Shown here piece by piece: positions 1 to 12,337 of a stretch of 64,000 bases of DNA. How positions within the stretch are numbered: the stretch's first letter is position 1; the number at the start of each line of letters is the position of its first letter. The translations under genes were made by a program, and so were the position numbers. Origin of the DNA: Octopus sinensis. Lineage: Eukaryota. The notes under the pieces were generated by a model. The model was not told the DNA's origin. It searched no databases and was given only the letters and a program-made list of their open reading frames with translations. The DNA is taken from positions 13,516,001 to 13,580,000 of the forward strand of contig NC_043012.1 in the NCBI RefSeq assembly GCF_006345805.1. Direction: 5' to 3'.

Positions 1-1561
1 ATAGTTAACTTGGTAGTGCTATTGTGAGGCGCGTTTACACTTAGAATATAGTTGGTTAAAAGCCCTATAGTATTCTGAAACGTAGTGTTCGTAATTAGAG
101 AGGCAAAAGTTCAAACGCTTCCAGTTTACTTTAGATGATTGTATTTCGTATATTTGTAAAAACGTTAAGTATATACTGTTGTGTCTGGGGAGAGTCATTT
201 TCTTTTTGTGCGTTATAATGTAACGCACTCACCGGTAAAAAAAAAAATAAGATAAAAAAATAAATAAAAATAAATTAATAAAACAAAGTAATAAGTAGAA
301 ATTTTACCGTTGAGTATGTTACATTATAAGGCACAAAAAGAAAATGACTCTCCCCAGACACAACAGAAATGCTCCAACACACGAAGTCATATAAAGAATC
401 TTGCAAACCAAATCCAAAAACGAAATATAATAAGCTTTAGTTAAGGATATATTTTTAAGTATTAAGAAATCATGTCGTGGAAGATGTGTAAATGCCGTTA
501 TGCATTAAATAGATAGCTATTGATATTATTGACAATACTTTAGTGGCAAGATATCTTTATTGAGTGTCTTAAAATGGTGTTCACTTTGTATAGACTCAAA
601 CAATCTCTAGGTGAAGAAACCGACTTGTCCTATATTGGAGGAAATAGTCAATTAATATGCCATGTAAAACCAACACTATTAGATTTTAAAAATTAAGCAG
701 TGTATCACATCGATCTTTTTTTTATGACGTACGTGTTTTACCAGGACAAAAAGTAGAAGCCTTAAAGCAATAAATACTAAAACTCATTGTGAGACATCTA
801 TGAAGCACAAGTGATATGTTTGAATCCAAACAGTATCCCTGGTTTATTCCTGGCTTATACAACGACTGTGAAGAAGAAGATATTTTTACAGTACGTATAA
901 ATATAAATCCTACAACACTTTGCAACGTATGGCTAATGCGGGCTTTATCGTAAATTATTTGCAACTTAAATGGCAGATTAATCGCAAATGTTCATAAGTT
1001 CGTTTGTGACAAAATATTTTTTTCATTTTAAAAATTAAATGAAAAATTTACACAGTAGTTAGCTGATAGTGAAATAAATTCAATACTTAATGGGTCTATA
1101 TATATGTCCACAAATAAAATTACAAATAATAAAGTCTTTATCATAACCAAACACCTGAGATTTCTAGTACATCCCCAGGATAGAGTTTTTGATAACAATC
1201 AAATGATAAACTGATGTATGTTCAGTTGGTTGAATTTTGGTTTGTTTTATATATAGTTTCAGTTGACTTCTGTTCAATTATTTCGTTTCCATTATTTTCT
1301 CTAATATGCTGAGACATGTTTTCAGGCAGTAGCTGTTCAGTTTTCTAGCATCTAAGAATATAATTTCAAATTATTTTTTAGAAGAGCGAAAACGAACGGA
1401 CACTGACCTGTGGCATCGTTTAGATATATTCGACGATGTTAAAATTGTCAACCATTCTTATCCATAGAGTTGTTTATTCCGTCAAGTTTATATTTCAGGT
1501 TATCACGTGCAGTAAAGATGTAATAAAATATATTGGTATTCGTTTTAATGATTTGTTATTG

Positions 1562-2710
1562 TTAAATAGAGTCTGATGAAACAATAATGATATAGAGTAG
1601 AAGGAATAAAACACTTGCTGACAAAATGGATTTGTCTAGCATCTGATGTTTTATTCGACATTTCTTAATGCGCCTTTTAGATTTTGTCTTAATAATTGGT
1701 TCATCTGCGTTTCCTATGATCCCGATTTTATTTTTCGATCCGTTTGTTTCTTGATCCTTTTCTGAAATTGTGATGGCGCCAGACTCGTGGGCGAACAGTT
1801 TACACACAATTACAGAGCTGATAGAAGAAAAACCGCTTACAAGTGTCAGATTTAAGAGGTATATCAAATATATAGAAGGTTCACGGGAATTATTACCCAG
1901 TTTTTTCTCAGTTTCAGAAAGATAAACTATATTTGCTAGAAAAACAGTAATTGCAACAGAAACTTTCTCTCCAGAAGAAGCCGGCAATACATAGACAGAT
2001 AAGATCAATAATGTTAACATAATTGGCGGTATAATTTTGGTAACTGTTGCACTAGAATATTTTCTTTTGCAGTACACAATAACTCCAGCTGTTATGATCT
2101 CCTGTTTTTCAACCTCGCTGTATTCATATCTATAATCCCATTGATTCGATATTGGCTTATAAGTTACTTCGTACAGAAAATAATCTAACATTATCTCCGT
2201 ATTCATCTGGTGTTCAAAACAAACAGATATGTCACATTCGTGCTCATCAAAAGGATATTTATTAACGTTAACCTTGCAGTAAGTATTGAAAATTCTGTCT
2301 ATATGTAAGTGGACACTTCCGTCACTCTTTATCGTGACTCGCGAATTTTCATCAAATGTGAATTTACCTGTTACGCTGTTACATATTTGTACGTTAGGAT
2401 ACCACACTTTCTGTAAATCAACTTTTACATAGCTTATATTATTTTGTTCACGATTCCACATAAGATTAACATCATACCACAATAATCCAAGAATGAGATT
2501 ACTTGTCATTATACCTTTCGTAATATCAAATTCAATAATGTTCTTTATTTTAAGCGATACATTTACGTATACTTCGTCTTCGTCGAAGGTAACGGGTCTT
2601 TCAGATTTCTCATAGTTTCTAAACAAATTCGCTACAAAGAGCTTCTTAGCTAACTTTTGTGAAGCCGTGCTTCCGATTAGCATTAAATATATGACAAAAA
2701 TTAATATCAT
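1562..2710 (-). CDS. Chemotactile-receptor-like Cys-loop ligand-gated ion channel subunit, copy A (382 aa, single coding exon)
   Basis: Uninterrupted ATG-to-TAA ORF. Has an N-terminal signal-peptide-like segment, LFRNYEKSERPV helix, WYDVNLMW, loop A VWYPNVQICNS, Cys-loop C145-x13-C159 with YPFD, M1 ending LPASSGEK, M2 KVSVAITVFLAN, M3, a short ~50-aa M3-M4 loop and a terminal M4. Lacks the loop-B Trp and loop-C vicinal Cys-Cys. A single-exon nAChR-derived gene without the ACh cage matches the cephalopod CR family. Confidence 0.92.
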   Translation of the reverse strand: MILIFVIYLMLIGSTASQKLAKKLFVANLFRNYEKSERPVTFDEDEVYVNVSLKIKNIIEFDITKGIMTSNLILGLLWYDVNLMWNREQNNISYVKVDLQKVWYPNVQICNSVTGKFTFDENSRVTIKSDGSVHLHIDRIFNTYCKVNVNKYPFDEHECDISVCFEHQMNTEIMLDYFLYEVTYKPISNQWDYRYEYSEVEKQEIITAGVIVYCKRKYSSATVTKIIPPIMLTLLILSVYVLPASSGEKVSVAITVFLANIVYLSETEKKLGNNSREPSIYLIYLLNLTLVSGFSSISSVIVCKLFAHESGAITISEKDQETNGSKNKIGIIGNADEPIIKTKSKRRIKKCRIKHQMLDKSILSASVLFLLLYIIIVSSDSI

Positions 2711-3271
2711 TATGTTAGGAAAGAGAGAAAATATCGCTTGCGTTACTTTTCCAGAGGTCTTGCCTTGAAATATATATTGAGTTTCTGTAAAAGATTCAAT
2801 ATATTCGAAATATAGGAGGAAACCTCAACAAATACTTCGAAGTAATTGTCAATTGTCAGTATAATTCTAGCAAATGTAACGTATATATGTATGTGTGTGT
2901 GTGCGTATGTATGATGTACGTATTTTATGTTTATGAGTACAATATGTTTTTTTTTAAATAAAGATATGCAACAACATCTAAAATTTAAGCGATTGGAAAT
3001 ACCTTGTTTTTATATAATATTCAGTGATCCATAAGATATTTCGTGGTATGCAAAATAAAAAGTGCTTCAGAAATACAGCAGACTACATCAAGAATGTCAC
3101 CGGTTATCAGCTGTCTTCAGTTCATAAAAGCGATGTAGGAATATACGCGAGAGTTCCCCCTTATGTATGCTGAATATTTACATACTTAATTCTGACTGAC
3201 TACCCTCCAGTTTTCCCTCTTCCCCCCTTTCTCTTCCTTTACACATACACACACACATACACATACATATG

Positions 3272-3348
<77 letters not shown>

Positions 3349-3835
3349 ATATGTATCTATCAAATTAAGTGTATCAGTTTTAGTGGTATATGCACCCCCC
3401 CATATCAACCTCTAAATCAATTTGTGTTAGTATTGTTTACGGGAAACAATTAATCTTGTAGACAATTGCACTAATTCGATATTAATAATTGCTACAACAA
3501 GTATATTCATTCCTACTCTTTCATTATTATTGACAAAGAATATATCGTTTAGTAGATCTTCAGTTACGTTTCACATTAGATTAAGTGTCATTGAACATGA
3601 TGAAATGTTCAGATCATATTGTTATCAAAAAGTAGTGAGTGTTCTATCCCAAGTGAATCAATGAAAGCTACGTAATTTAAAACTGTTAATAGGTATTGAC
3701 ACGGCCGAGTCTCTGTCAAAGGTGCTCTAGAGGTTTGTGTTTTCTAAATATCTAGGGAAATGTAATTGAAGATGCAACCTGAGAACGTTACATTGTGTTA
3801 AGCAAATGTGAAATTAGAGGTTTATTAATGACATA

Positions 3836-4617
3836 CAGGGTATCCCTAAAGTCTCTGTACGTTTTAAAAATTTCATTACAAAGGCAGTTAACAAGATAGC
3901 TTAACCAGATTTGTTTTGTTGTAATAATTGTTTATTAAAGTGTTTTTAACTGTCATTTAATAGATCTCAATATGGGCACCATTATTTGCCTGAAGCACAT
4001 CAAGACGGTACTCGATTTCTTGCCATGTTCCCTGTCCAGTGATATCTGGCGAGCGCGGTGGGAATAGAATTGGTCCATCCCTTCCAATCCATCAGTTTGG
4101 AAATATTTGATTGAGGAACTGACGAATATGCCGTCTCGAATGTGCAAGTGCACCATCTTGCTGGAAGATGATGGTTGGTTGTAAATCAATCAGTTTTGGT
4201 GCTACATATTCGGGAAGAGGGTAAAAATCTGCGGTAATTGTTGCCTCGTTGAAGAAAAATGGACCAATAACTCGATTGCACATCATTTCACACCACATTC
4301 GTGTCTCCATAAATTTTTTGTGCTATCCACGAATTGAAGGACGTGATGGTGAATCGCTTCCATACTTAGTTCTGTAGCTTCGTTGAGTCTGAACATCCGA
4401 GTTTGTCTCAATAAGCCAGGATACACATTGTGCGTTTTCATGAGGAGTAGCCATTTATATGGGTTCAGTGAATCTGTCCCCTTCCATCAACAGAGTATCT
4501 GAAACACAAAAATTTAATATCAATAAAAACTTTAATAAACAATTATTAAAATAAAGTAAATCTCAGCTGCCTTTGTAATAATTTTTTTAACTGTAAAGAG
4601 ACTTTATGGACACCCTA
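3836..4617 (-). mobile_element. Internally deleted Tc1/mariner-superfamily (maT/DD37D-like) DNA transposon
   Basis: Imperfect TIRs (cagggtatccctaaagtctct at 3836; agagactttatggacacccta ending 4617) flanked by TA. Minus-strand remnants read MATPHENAQCVSWLIET (HTH N-terminus), IFQQDGALAH, WIGRDGPILFPPRSPDIT and TWQEIEYRLDVL, with stops and a large internal deletion. Confidence 0.85.
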
Positions 4618-4630
4618 TATATATATATAT

Positions 4631-4969
4631 AAGGGTAAAGACCCCCTTCGGTCATGAATGACCATGGGATTGCACCTAGAAAGCTACCTTCCTAGATACA
4701 AGTCCGGGCAAGGTTGTTTATGGAAGGCCAGCAGTCGCCCATGCATACCAGCCTCCCCTCTCCACGCCACCAGTGTTATCCAAGGGAAAGACAAAGGTCG
4801 ATACAGCTTGGCACCTGTGACGTCGCAACTCATTTCTACAGCTGAGTGAACTGGAGCAACGTGAAATAAAGTGCCTTGCTCGAGAACACAACACGCAGCC
4901 CGGTCCGGGATTCGAGCTCACAACCTCACGATCGTAAGCTCGACGCTCTAACCACTGAGCCATGCGCCT

Positions 4970-4973
<4 letters not shown>
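4631..4973 (-). mobile_element. tRNA-derived SINE with CORE/Meta-like central domain
   Basis: Minus strand begins gtgaaggcgcaTGGCTCAGTGGttagagcg (A box) ... gaGCTCGAATCCc (B-box variant), followed by gagcaaggcacttt...cactcagctgtagaaatgag, which resembles CORE-type SINE bodies. Sits in the (TA)n at the mariner end. Confidence 0.8.
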
Positions 4974-5356
<383 letters not shown>

Positions 5357-5360
5357 CAGA

Positions 5361-5616
5361 CAGCTGAGATTTATTTTATTTTAATAATGTTTATTAAAGT
5401 TTTTATTGATATTAAATTTTTGTGTTTCAGATACTCTGTTGATGGAAGGGGACTGATTCACTGAACCCATATAAATGGCTACTCCTCATGAAAACGCACA
5501 ATGTGTATCCTGGCTTATTGAGACAAACTCGGACGTTCAGACTCAACCAAGCTACAGAATTAAGTATGGAAGCGATTCCCCATCACGTCCTTCAATTCGT
5601 GGATGGCACAAAAAAG
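5361..5616 (+). mobile_element. Partial inverted copy of the mariner 5' region (repeated again at about 6150-6408)
   Basis: Reverse complement of 4313-4569 with a few mismatches. Gives the ORFs 5475..5687 and 6266..6466 (MATPHENAQ...). Confidence 0.85.
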
Positions 5617-5688
5617 TTAAGTGCATATATCTATGTATCTATGTATGTATGTATAAATATATAAATTATGTATGTATAAATATATAAA

Positions 5689-5942
5689 TTATGGAAGGCC
5701 AGCAGTCGCCCATGCATACCAGCCTCCCCTCTCCACGCCACCAGTGTATCCAAGGGAAAGACAAAGGTCGATACAGCTTGCACCTGTGACGTCGCAACTC
5801 ATTTCTACAGCTGAGTGAACTGGAGCAACGTGAAATAAAGTGCCTTGCTCGAGAACACAACACGCAGCCCGGTCCGGGATTCGAGCTCACAACCTCACGA
5901 TCGTAAGCTCGACGCTCTAACCACTGAGCCATGCGCCTTCAC
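5689..5942 (-). mobile_element. Second, partial copy of the 4631-4973 SINE (part of a local tandem duplication)
   Basis: Direct repeat of 4718-4973 with a few 1-bp indels. Confidence 0.85.
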
Positions 5943-5979
<37 letters not shown>

Positions 5980-6035
5980 ATATATATATATATATATGTA
6001 TATATAGATATAGATAGATGATAGATAGATAGATT

Positions 6036-6150
<115 letters not shown>

Positions 6151-7671
6151 CAGCTGAGATTTATTTTATTTTAATAATTGTTTATTAAAGTTTTTATTGA
6201 TATTAAATTTTTGTGTTTCAGATACTCTGTTGATGGAAGGGGACTGATTCACTGAACCCATATAAATGGCTACTCCTCATGAAAACGCACAATGTGTATC
6301 CTGGCTTATTGAGACAAACTCGGACGTTCAGACTCAACCAAGCTACAGAATTAAGTATGGAAGCGATTCCCCATCACGTCCTTCAATTCGTGGATGGCAC
6401 AAAAAAGTTAAGTGCATATATCTATGTATCTATGTATGTATGTATAAATATATAAATTATAATTAAGGGTATCTAAGAGATACCACCACGCTAGAAATAG
6501 CAACCAAAACTTGACTCTGAAACGACACTAAATGTTCATAAGCACCAGGACAGAAAACAAAGAGACAAAATAAACTAGCAAAAAAATTACTGGATAATTC
6601 TAGATCTTGGATTTCTGACATTGACCTAGTTTTTTTAATACAAAATATATTTGCCAAATAGTAGTAAACAGTTTCTAGGGTATTATAACCCCCTCTCTAC
6701 CTCAATTTCTTTATGAAGAACTTCTGGCAAAATACCATAGAATGTCCAAATCCCAAAAACTTTAAGTTGTTATGCATATGAGTGTATTCTAACGTATTTG
6801 TACACAATCATTTTAATGTTGTACAATATAAAAACATGGAATAATCGTATCTTGTATTCACTATACTTTATATAGACATGCTTTACGTATCGTATAAGTG
6901 AAAACAGCACGTATCATTAACGCGAAAATGTGACCTGGTAGAGGAAAACAGACTTCCGATTCGTAATCAGCATCAAAATTAACCCAGAAATATATATATT
7001 TTGGGAAATAGCGGGTAGAACTATTAGTATACTACCTATCATTGCAATTACAAGGTTCGAATAATAAGATAATTACACAAAATATATCACCTAATGCAGA
7101 AAGAAGAGGACATATCAGATCAGATATCTAAGTAAGCTATCGTGTATGCCGTTTTCTGTTAGTTAACATTTTAGTTGGATTTTATAAGTGTAGTGGATAT
7201 TATTAATTAGAATGTATAAATCGCCGTTATATAGATTAAATCAGTTAGTATACCATGAACCAATATTTCAACTTAAATAGCATTTCATGTATAACGATAT
7301 AACAGTTTCTAATGAGATTTCCTATGAGTAAACACGATAACAATTAAAATACATTATATTTTATGTGACATCGTTCAAATTGTACATCAAATTAGTATAA
7401 CAATAGGTAAATAGTTAATACAAAGGAAATGCAAAATTAATTGTTACAAATTATATAGAAGTATGAAAATCAAAAGTTAATATTTAGTTTAAATTTCAAG
7501 CGTTTATACAATATGTGTGAGTAAACATAATGAAAGAAAAAATATATAAATTTTTGATCACATTATCGCTTCACAACTTCAAAGATACTGACAAAATCAT
7601 CTCTATTTTTCTAGTTGACTTTCAGATTAAATATTACGACTGAGTGTTACTGGACATGTAATATGGATTTT

Positions 7672-7875
7672 AAATTCTGGAACAAGACCAGCAAGTTTGT
7701 GTTCAGAGTGATTGGATTACATCGATCCCACTGCTCAACTAGAACTCATGTTATCGATCCCAAACAATGCAATGCAAAGTCGACTTCAGCGCAATATTAA
7801 CCCAGAACGTGAAGACGGACGAAATACAGCTAAGGATTTTTTTTCCGGCGTGCTAACAATTGTGCCAGCTATCCA
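7672..7875 (-). mobile_element. Old tRNA-like SINE inside the CR duplication unit (paralogous copies at 10871-11075 +, 12380-12505 + partial, 23981-24160 -; independent family member at 54340-54560 -)
   Basis: Copies share agctggca(g/c)aat(c/t)gttag...ccgga/ccaga...aaat(g/c)cttag heads and gtcgac/atcgat...ggtcttgtt(t/c)cag tails at the same position of each unit. Confidence 0.7.
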
Positions 7876-8959
7876 GTTTCTGATCACATAATATTAAATA
7901 GATATATATCAGATATATATCAATGCTGCAAAATACATATATTAAAGATGCATGTTTATCCACTCTATCTACAAAGTGTTATAAATAACCACATATATTC
8001 CACAAGAGATCAATTATTTTACAATTAAATACTTTCATTAAAGTCTGGACTCAAGTATTTCTCCTGAATCGTGATATTGATATTGTTTTGTTATTTTCCT
8101 TGTTTTTTGCTATTTTTATTGTTTTGAATTTCGAGCACTATCATTGAGGATGTCCATAAAGAATGGGAATATATTCAAGTGTGAGGGCCATCCTATGTCA
8201 TAATGTTGTACACAATTCTCAATGGATATGAATTCTATTGTTAGTAGTTCATTCCAGCAGTCATTTCGAGGTTACCTGAGATGTGCTTTTACATTTATAA
8301 TACTCTTGCTCTACTCATTTATAGTTTCACATAAGGTGTTATTCGAACTTCCAAAGTCTCCAGATTTTGTTTTATGATATTTGGTATACAAACCGTTTAG
8401 TATAGACTGTAATTTGAAGAGTTAACACGTCATGCCACAATACTGTAGATCCTGACACTGATTGTATAGGCATAAATTTTGTGTAAAATATAAATAACTT
8501 TTAGGTGTCATGAAAAAGAATAGCATTCGAGAAGAATTAAGTTTTACTGATGTGGCTAATTTCAGAAATTGTGTATATCCTCAAAAAATCTCTAGATGAG
8601 GTACTGGAGTGTCAGTCAATATATACGCCATGTAAAATCTGCATTTCTTAGTTTGTTTAATGAGAAAATATATCTTATCCGCAACACAATTCCAGTTTTT
8701 CATTTGAAATGTAATCGTTTTGACTGAAGGAAGAATTAAATTCATAAGTAAAGGCTACTAAATATCAGTATGTAATATTCATAAGACAGAATATATACGC
8801 TTTAATTCACGTAAAATTTGTAATTCTTAGCTGAGAGCGAGTAATGACTGTAGAAAACGAAATTTCTTGTGCAATTCGAATATAATAGTAAAGATTTTGT
8901 AAAGAAATAACTTCATTTCCAGCATAGGTAAGAATATGAAATCGTTTTCATCTTGAATG

Positions 8960-9340
8960 CGTATGTCTTTGTATATGTGCGTGCGTATGTGTGTTTGTGT
9001 GTGTGTGTGTATGTGTGTATGTGCGTGCGTATGTGTGTTTGTGTGTGTTTGTGTGTGTGTGTATGTGTGTGTGTGTATGTATGTGTGTGTGTGTGTTTGT
9101 GTGTGTGTATGTGTTGTGTGTGTGTATGTGCGTGCGTATGTGTGTTTGTGTGTGTGCGTGTGTGTGTGTGTATGTGTGTGTGTGTGTATGTGCGTGCGTA
9201 TGTGTGTTTGTGTGTGTGTGTGTATGTGTGTGTGTGTGTATGTGTGTCTGTGTGTGTATGTGTGTGTATGTGTGTGTATGTGTGTGTGTATGTGTGTGTA
9301 TGTGTGTGTATGTGTGTGTCTGTGTCTGTGTGTGTGTGTT
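8960..9340. repeat. Degenerate (TG)n microsatellite
   Basis: About 380 bp of TG/TATG/TGCG repeats. Source of several spurious Cys/Val or His/Thr ORFs. Confidence 0.95.
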
Positions 9341-9859
9341 ACCAATTACGTGTCTTGCAAAATATGCCTAATGCAACTGCGACAGAACAGTAGATGTGCT
9401 TTAGTTTCTCATCAATTATTTGAACTTTTCAAATCACATTCTTCGGAATTAGGGCATATTGTGAAAAAAGAGTTCTTCCAAATACAAATGCAATAAAAGA
9501 AATTAAAAGAACAATTTACGAAATTTCTTTAACACTGTGAACTTATAATTATTGAAATAAACTGTATATATAGTGGCTATGAAATTTGTCCACAAATAAA
9601 ATTACCAATGATAAACTCTTCCAATTATCACCAAATATGTGTGGCTTTTATTGCATGCACTCAAATAACAAGTTTTTCATAATGCTGCAAAAATAAACAA
9701 ATTCATTCAAATGGTATAAAATTGTAAAGTTGTGTGTGTTCAATGGTTTTCACTTTGCTATGGATTATTTGCTGTTTCAGTTGACTTATGTTCAATCATT
9801 TGCTTCGCTTCATTCTAATTGTGTTTGATTTGTAATTTACCGAGATATGAGTTTCAGGC

Positions 9860-10179
9860 CTATATATAGAGTCTGATGACGCTATAATAATATACAGTGT
9901 TAGGAATAAAACAGCTGCTAAGAAAAACAATGTGTCGAGCTTCAAATAACATTCGACGTTTCACTAAAGGCATTTTAGCTTTCGAATCAATATTGGTCCA
10001 TATGTGTTTCCTATTATCCCAATTTTATTTTTCGATCTGTTCGATTCTTAATCACTTCCTGAATTCGTGTCGGCACCAGTCTTGTGTACGTACAGTTTAC
10101 ACTAAATTACTGAGCCGATAGAAGAAAGTCCGCTCACAAGTGTCAAAATTATGAGTTATATTAAATATATAGAAGGTTC
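9860..10179 (-). pseudogene. CR relic B: 3' fragment only (M3, intracellular loop, M4)
   Basis: Aligns to the 3' ~320 nt of copies A, D and F (EPSIYLI..., SKNKIGIIGNT, terminal IIASSDSI as in copy A) with in-frame stops and frameshifts. Homology stops abruptly at 10179/10180. Confidence 0.85.
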
Positions 10180-11650
10180 TATTTTACACCAAAGTACTGC
10201 TTATTACATCAATATATATTTCCTGTATCACAAGTTCTACGCAAGCATTGTGGCATGAGGTTTTAACTCTTTGAATCACATTCTTTACATTACCGCATGA
10301 GTACCAAATATCATAACAAATACTAGAGACCTTGGATGTCCTGCTAGTAAAAATTCGAATATTACCTTATGTGCAAATATAAATGATTTGAGTATTACAA
10401 CTATAAATGGGAAAATACAATATCACCCCCAAGGTAACCTAAAAATGATTATTTTAAAGAACTGCAACCATTAGAATTCATAATTTTACAATATTGCACT
10501 CTACTTCCCTTCATACGGAAACAGACACATCCATTCAGAATTATGTACACTATTATGATACACTATAAAAAATGGCCGATTGCTCACAACTTCAATACAT
10601 TTCCATTCTTTTGGACCTCCGTGGTGATGCAAAATATAAAAAAATAACAACAAAAGGATGAAAATGATAAGAAAACAATAACAATCTCATGATTCAAGAG
10701 AAATCCCTGACCCAGGCTTTAATGAAAGTATTTACTTGCTAATAGGTGATCTACTGTGGAGATATGGGTTTATTTGCAACTGTTTTTTATAGAATGGATA
10801 AATGTGTATCTTTACTCTATGTATTGTGAGGCATTGCTAAATCTGATGTATATTTAACACTGTGTGATCAGAAGCCGGTTAGCTGGCAGAATCGTTAGAA
10901 CGCCGGATAAAATGCTTAGTTGAATTTTGCTCGTCTTGACAATCTGAATTTCCATTGCAGCGAATTCGACTTCGCCTTTCATTGTTTGGGTTCGATAATA
11001 TGTGTACTGGGATCAATTTAATCGACTTACCCTCCAATACGAACTTGATGGTCTTGTTTCAGAATTTAAAACCAATATCATGCGATTAATAAAACTCATT
11101 GGTCACACCTAATCTAATACCAACTAGAAAAATACAGGCGATTTTGTCAGTATCTATGAAGTTGTAAAGTAATTATGTGCTCAAAAATTTATTTATTTTT
11201 CTTCAATTATTTTTACTCACACATATTGTACACACGCGTGAAATTTAAACTCAATATAAGCATTATCGTAAAATTTGAAGGATGTGACATAAAATATAAT
11301 GTATTTGAATTTTTTGAGTTTGTTCATAGTAAATCACATTAAAACCTATTATATGTTTATTCATCAAAAGTTCGTTCCGAAAGATTCATATACGTTGTGT
11401 GCAAACGAATGAAAGAAACACTTTGTTTCCCGTGTTTAGGGAATTAAGTGACCAGTTATACCTCAACATAAACGAACGATAGCAGAATATAGATATCTAG
11501 TTCATTGTTGATTGATTGTGATTTACCTGAAAGATTACAGATTCACATCTAAACATTGATCTAAAAATTTCGATTGCATTTATTAAACGAAAGTCATTAC
11601 ATTAATATTATCTATATTTGTATTCTTTTGTCATCATTGTTTTGTGTCGT
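10180..11650 (-). repeat. Inverted segment of the CR downstream-flank unit
   Basis: Reverse complement is collinear with about 23330-24850 and about 7300-8500. Its first 189 bp (10180-10368) appear identical to the reverse complement of 12514-12702. Confidence 0.85.
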
Positions 11651-11889
11651 TTGACTAGGTGGTGGTATTGATTGTGTCCTGAGTATTATAGTTGATTATA
11701 TCAAAACAGTGCCTACATTCAAATACAGTATAAATTTCATCATTTCATTAGTCGAAGTGTTACTTTACAGAACATAAATATAATAATAGACAGGGACAAA
11801 GCTAACTACACACATACACATTGAAACACACGCATGCACACACAATCACGCGAACACGCACACAAATACACATACACACATATACAGCC

Positions 11890-11939
11890 TATACATATAT
11901 ATATATATATATATATGCACATAGATATATATACATACA

Positions 11940-12008
<69 letters not shown>

Positions 12009-12090
12009 TTATGTGTGTACATATATACATATGTATATATATATATGTATATATATATGTATGTATATATATATATATGTATATATATAT
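11890..12090. repeat. (TA)n / (TATG)n microsatellite
   Basis: Direct observation. Confidence 0.95.
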
Positions 12091-12257
12091 AAGAAAATAG
12101 TAAAGTGTGAAAAAACGACAGAAGGCTTAAATGTTAAAAAATATATATATTTGTGTCAAAATGTCTGGAGAATATTGAAAAAATTTTTTTCATTTCCTTA
12201 AAATGACATAATTTTAAAATTTTTAAAGAAATTACCGGTTTCGCGTGTAGCTTTTCA

Positions 12258-12337
12258 AATTTCTTGTGACGTTATGTTTATATTGCATGGAGTTATCGAT
12301 AACTCCATGCAATATAAACATAACGTCACAAGAAATT
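12258..12337. repeat. Perfect 80-bp palindrome (40-bp arms, no spacer)
   Basis: aatttcttgtgacgttatgtttatattgcatggagttatc|gataactccatgcaatataaacataacgtcacaagaaatt; checked base by base, centre between 12297 and 12298. Confidence 0.95.

Noticed and set aside
3081-3145. Minus-strand CUGAAGA followed by a weak hairpin (possible hammerhead)
   Set aside because: GACA instead of GAAA, two mismatches in stem II, and no room for stem III.
4631-4973. Possible tRNA gene (A and B boxes)
   Set aside because: The tRNA-like head runs into a CORE-like body, has no acceptor-stem closure, and is duplicated; this is a SINE, not a tRNA.
8827-9496. Long ORFs rich in Cys/Val or His/Thr (also 11806-12201, 32547-33128, 38934-39301, 45298-45724, 51901-52386 and similar)
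   Set aside because: They are translations of (TG)n, (TA)n and (GATA)n microsatellites with no domain content.
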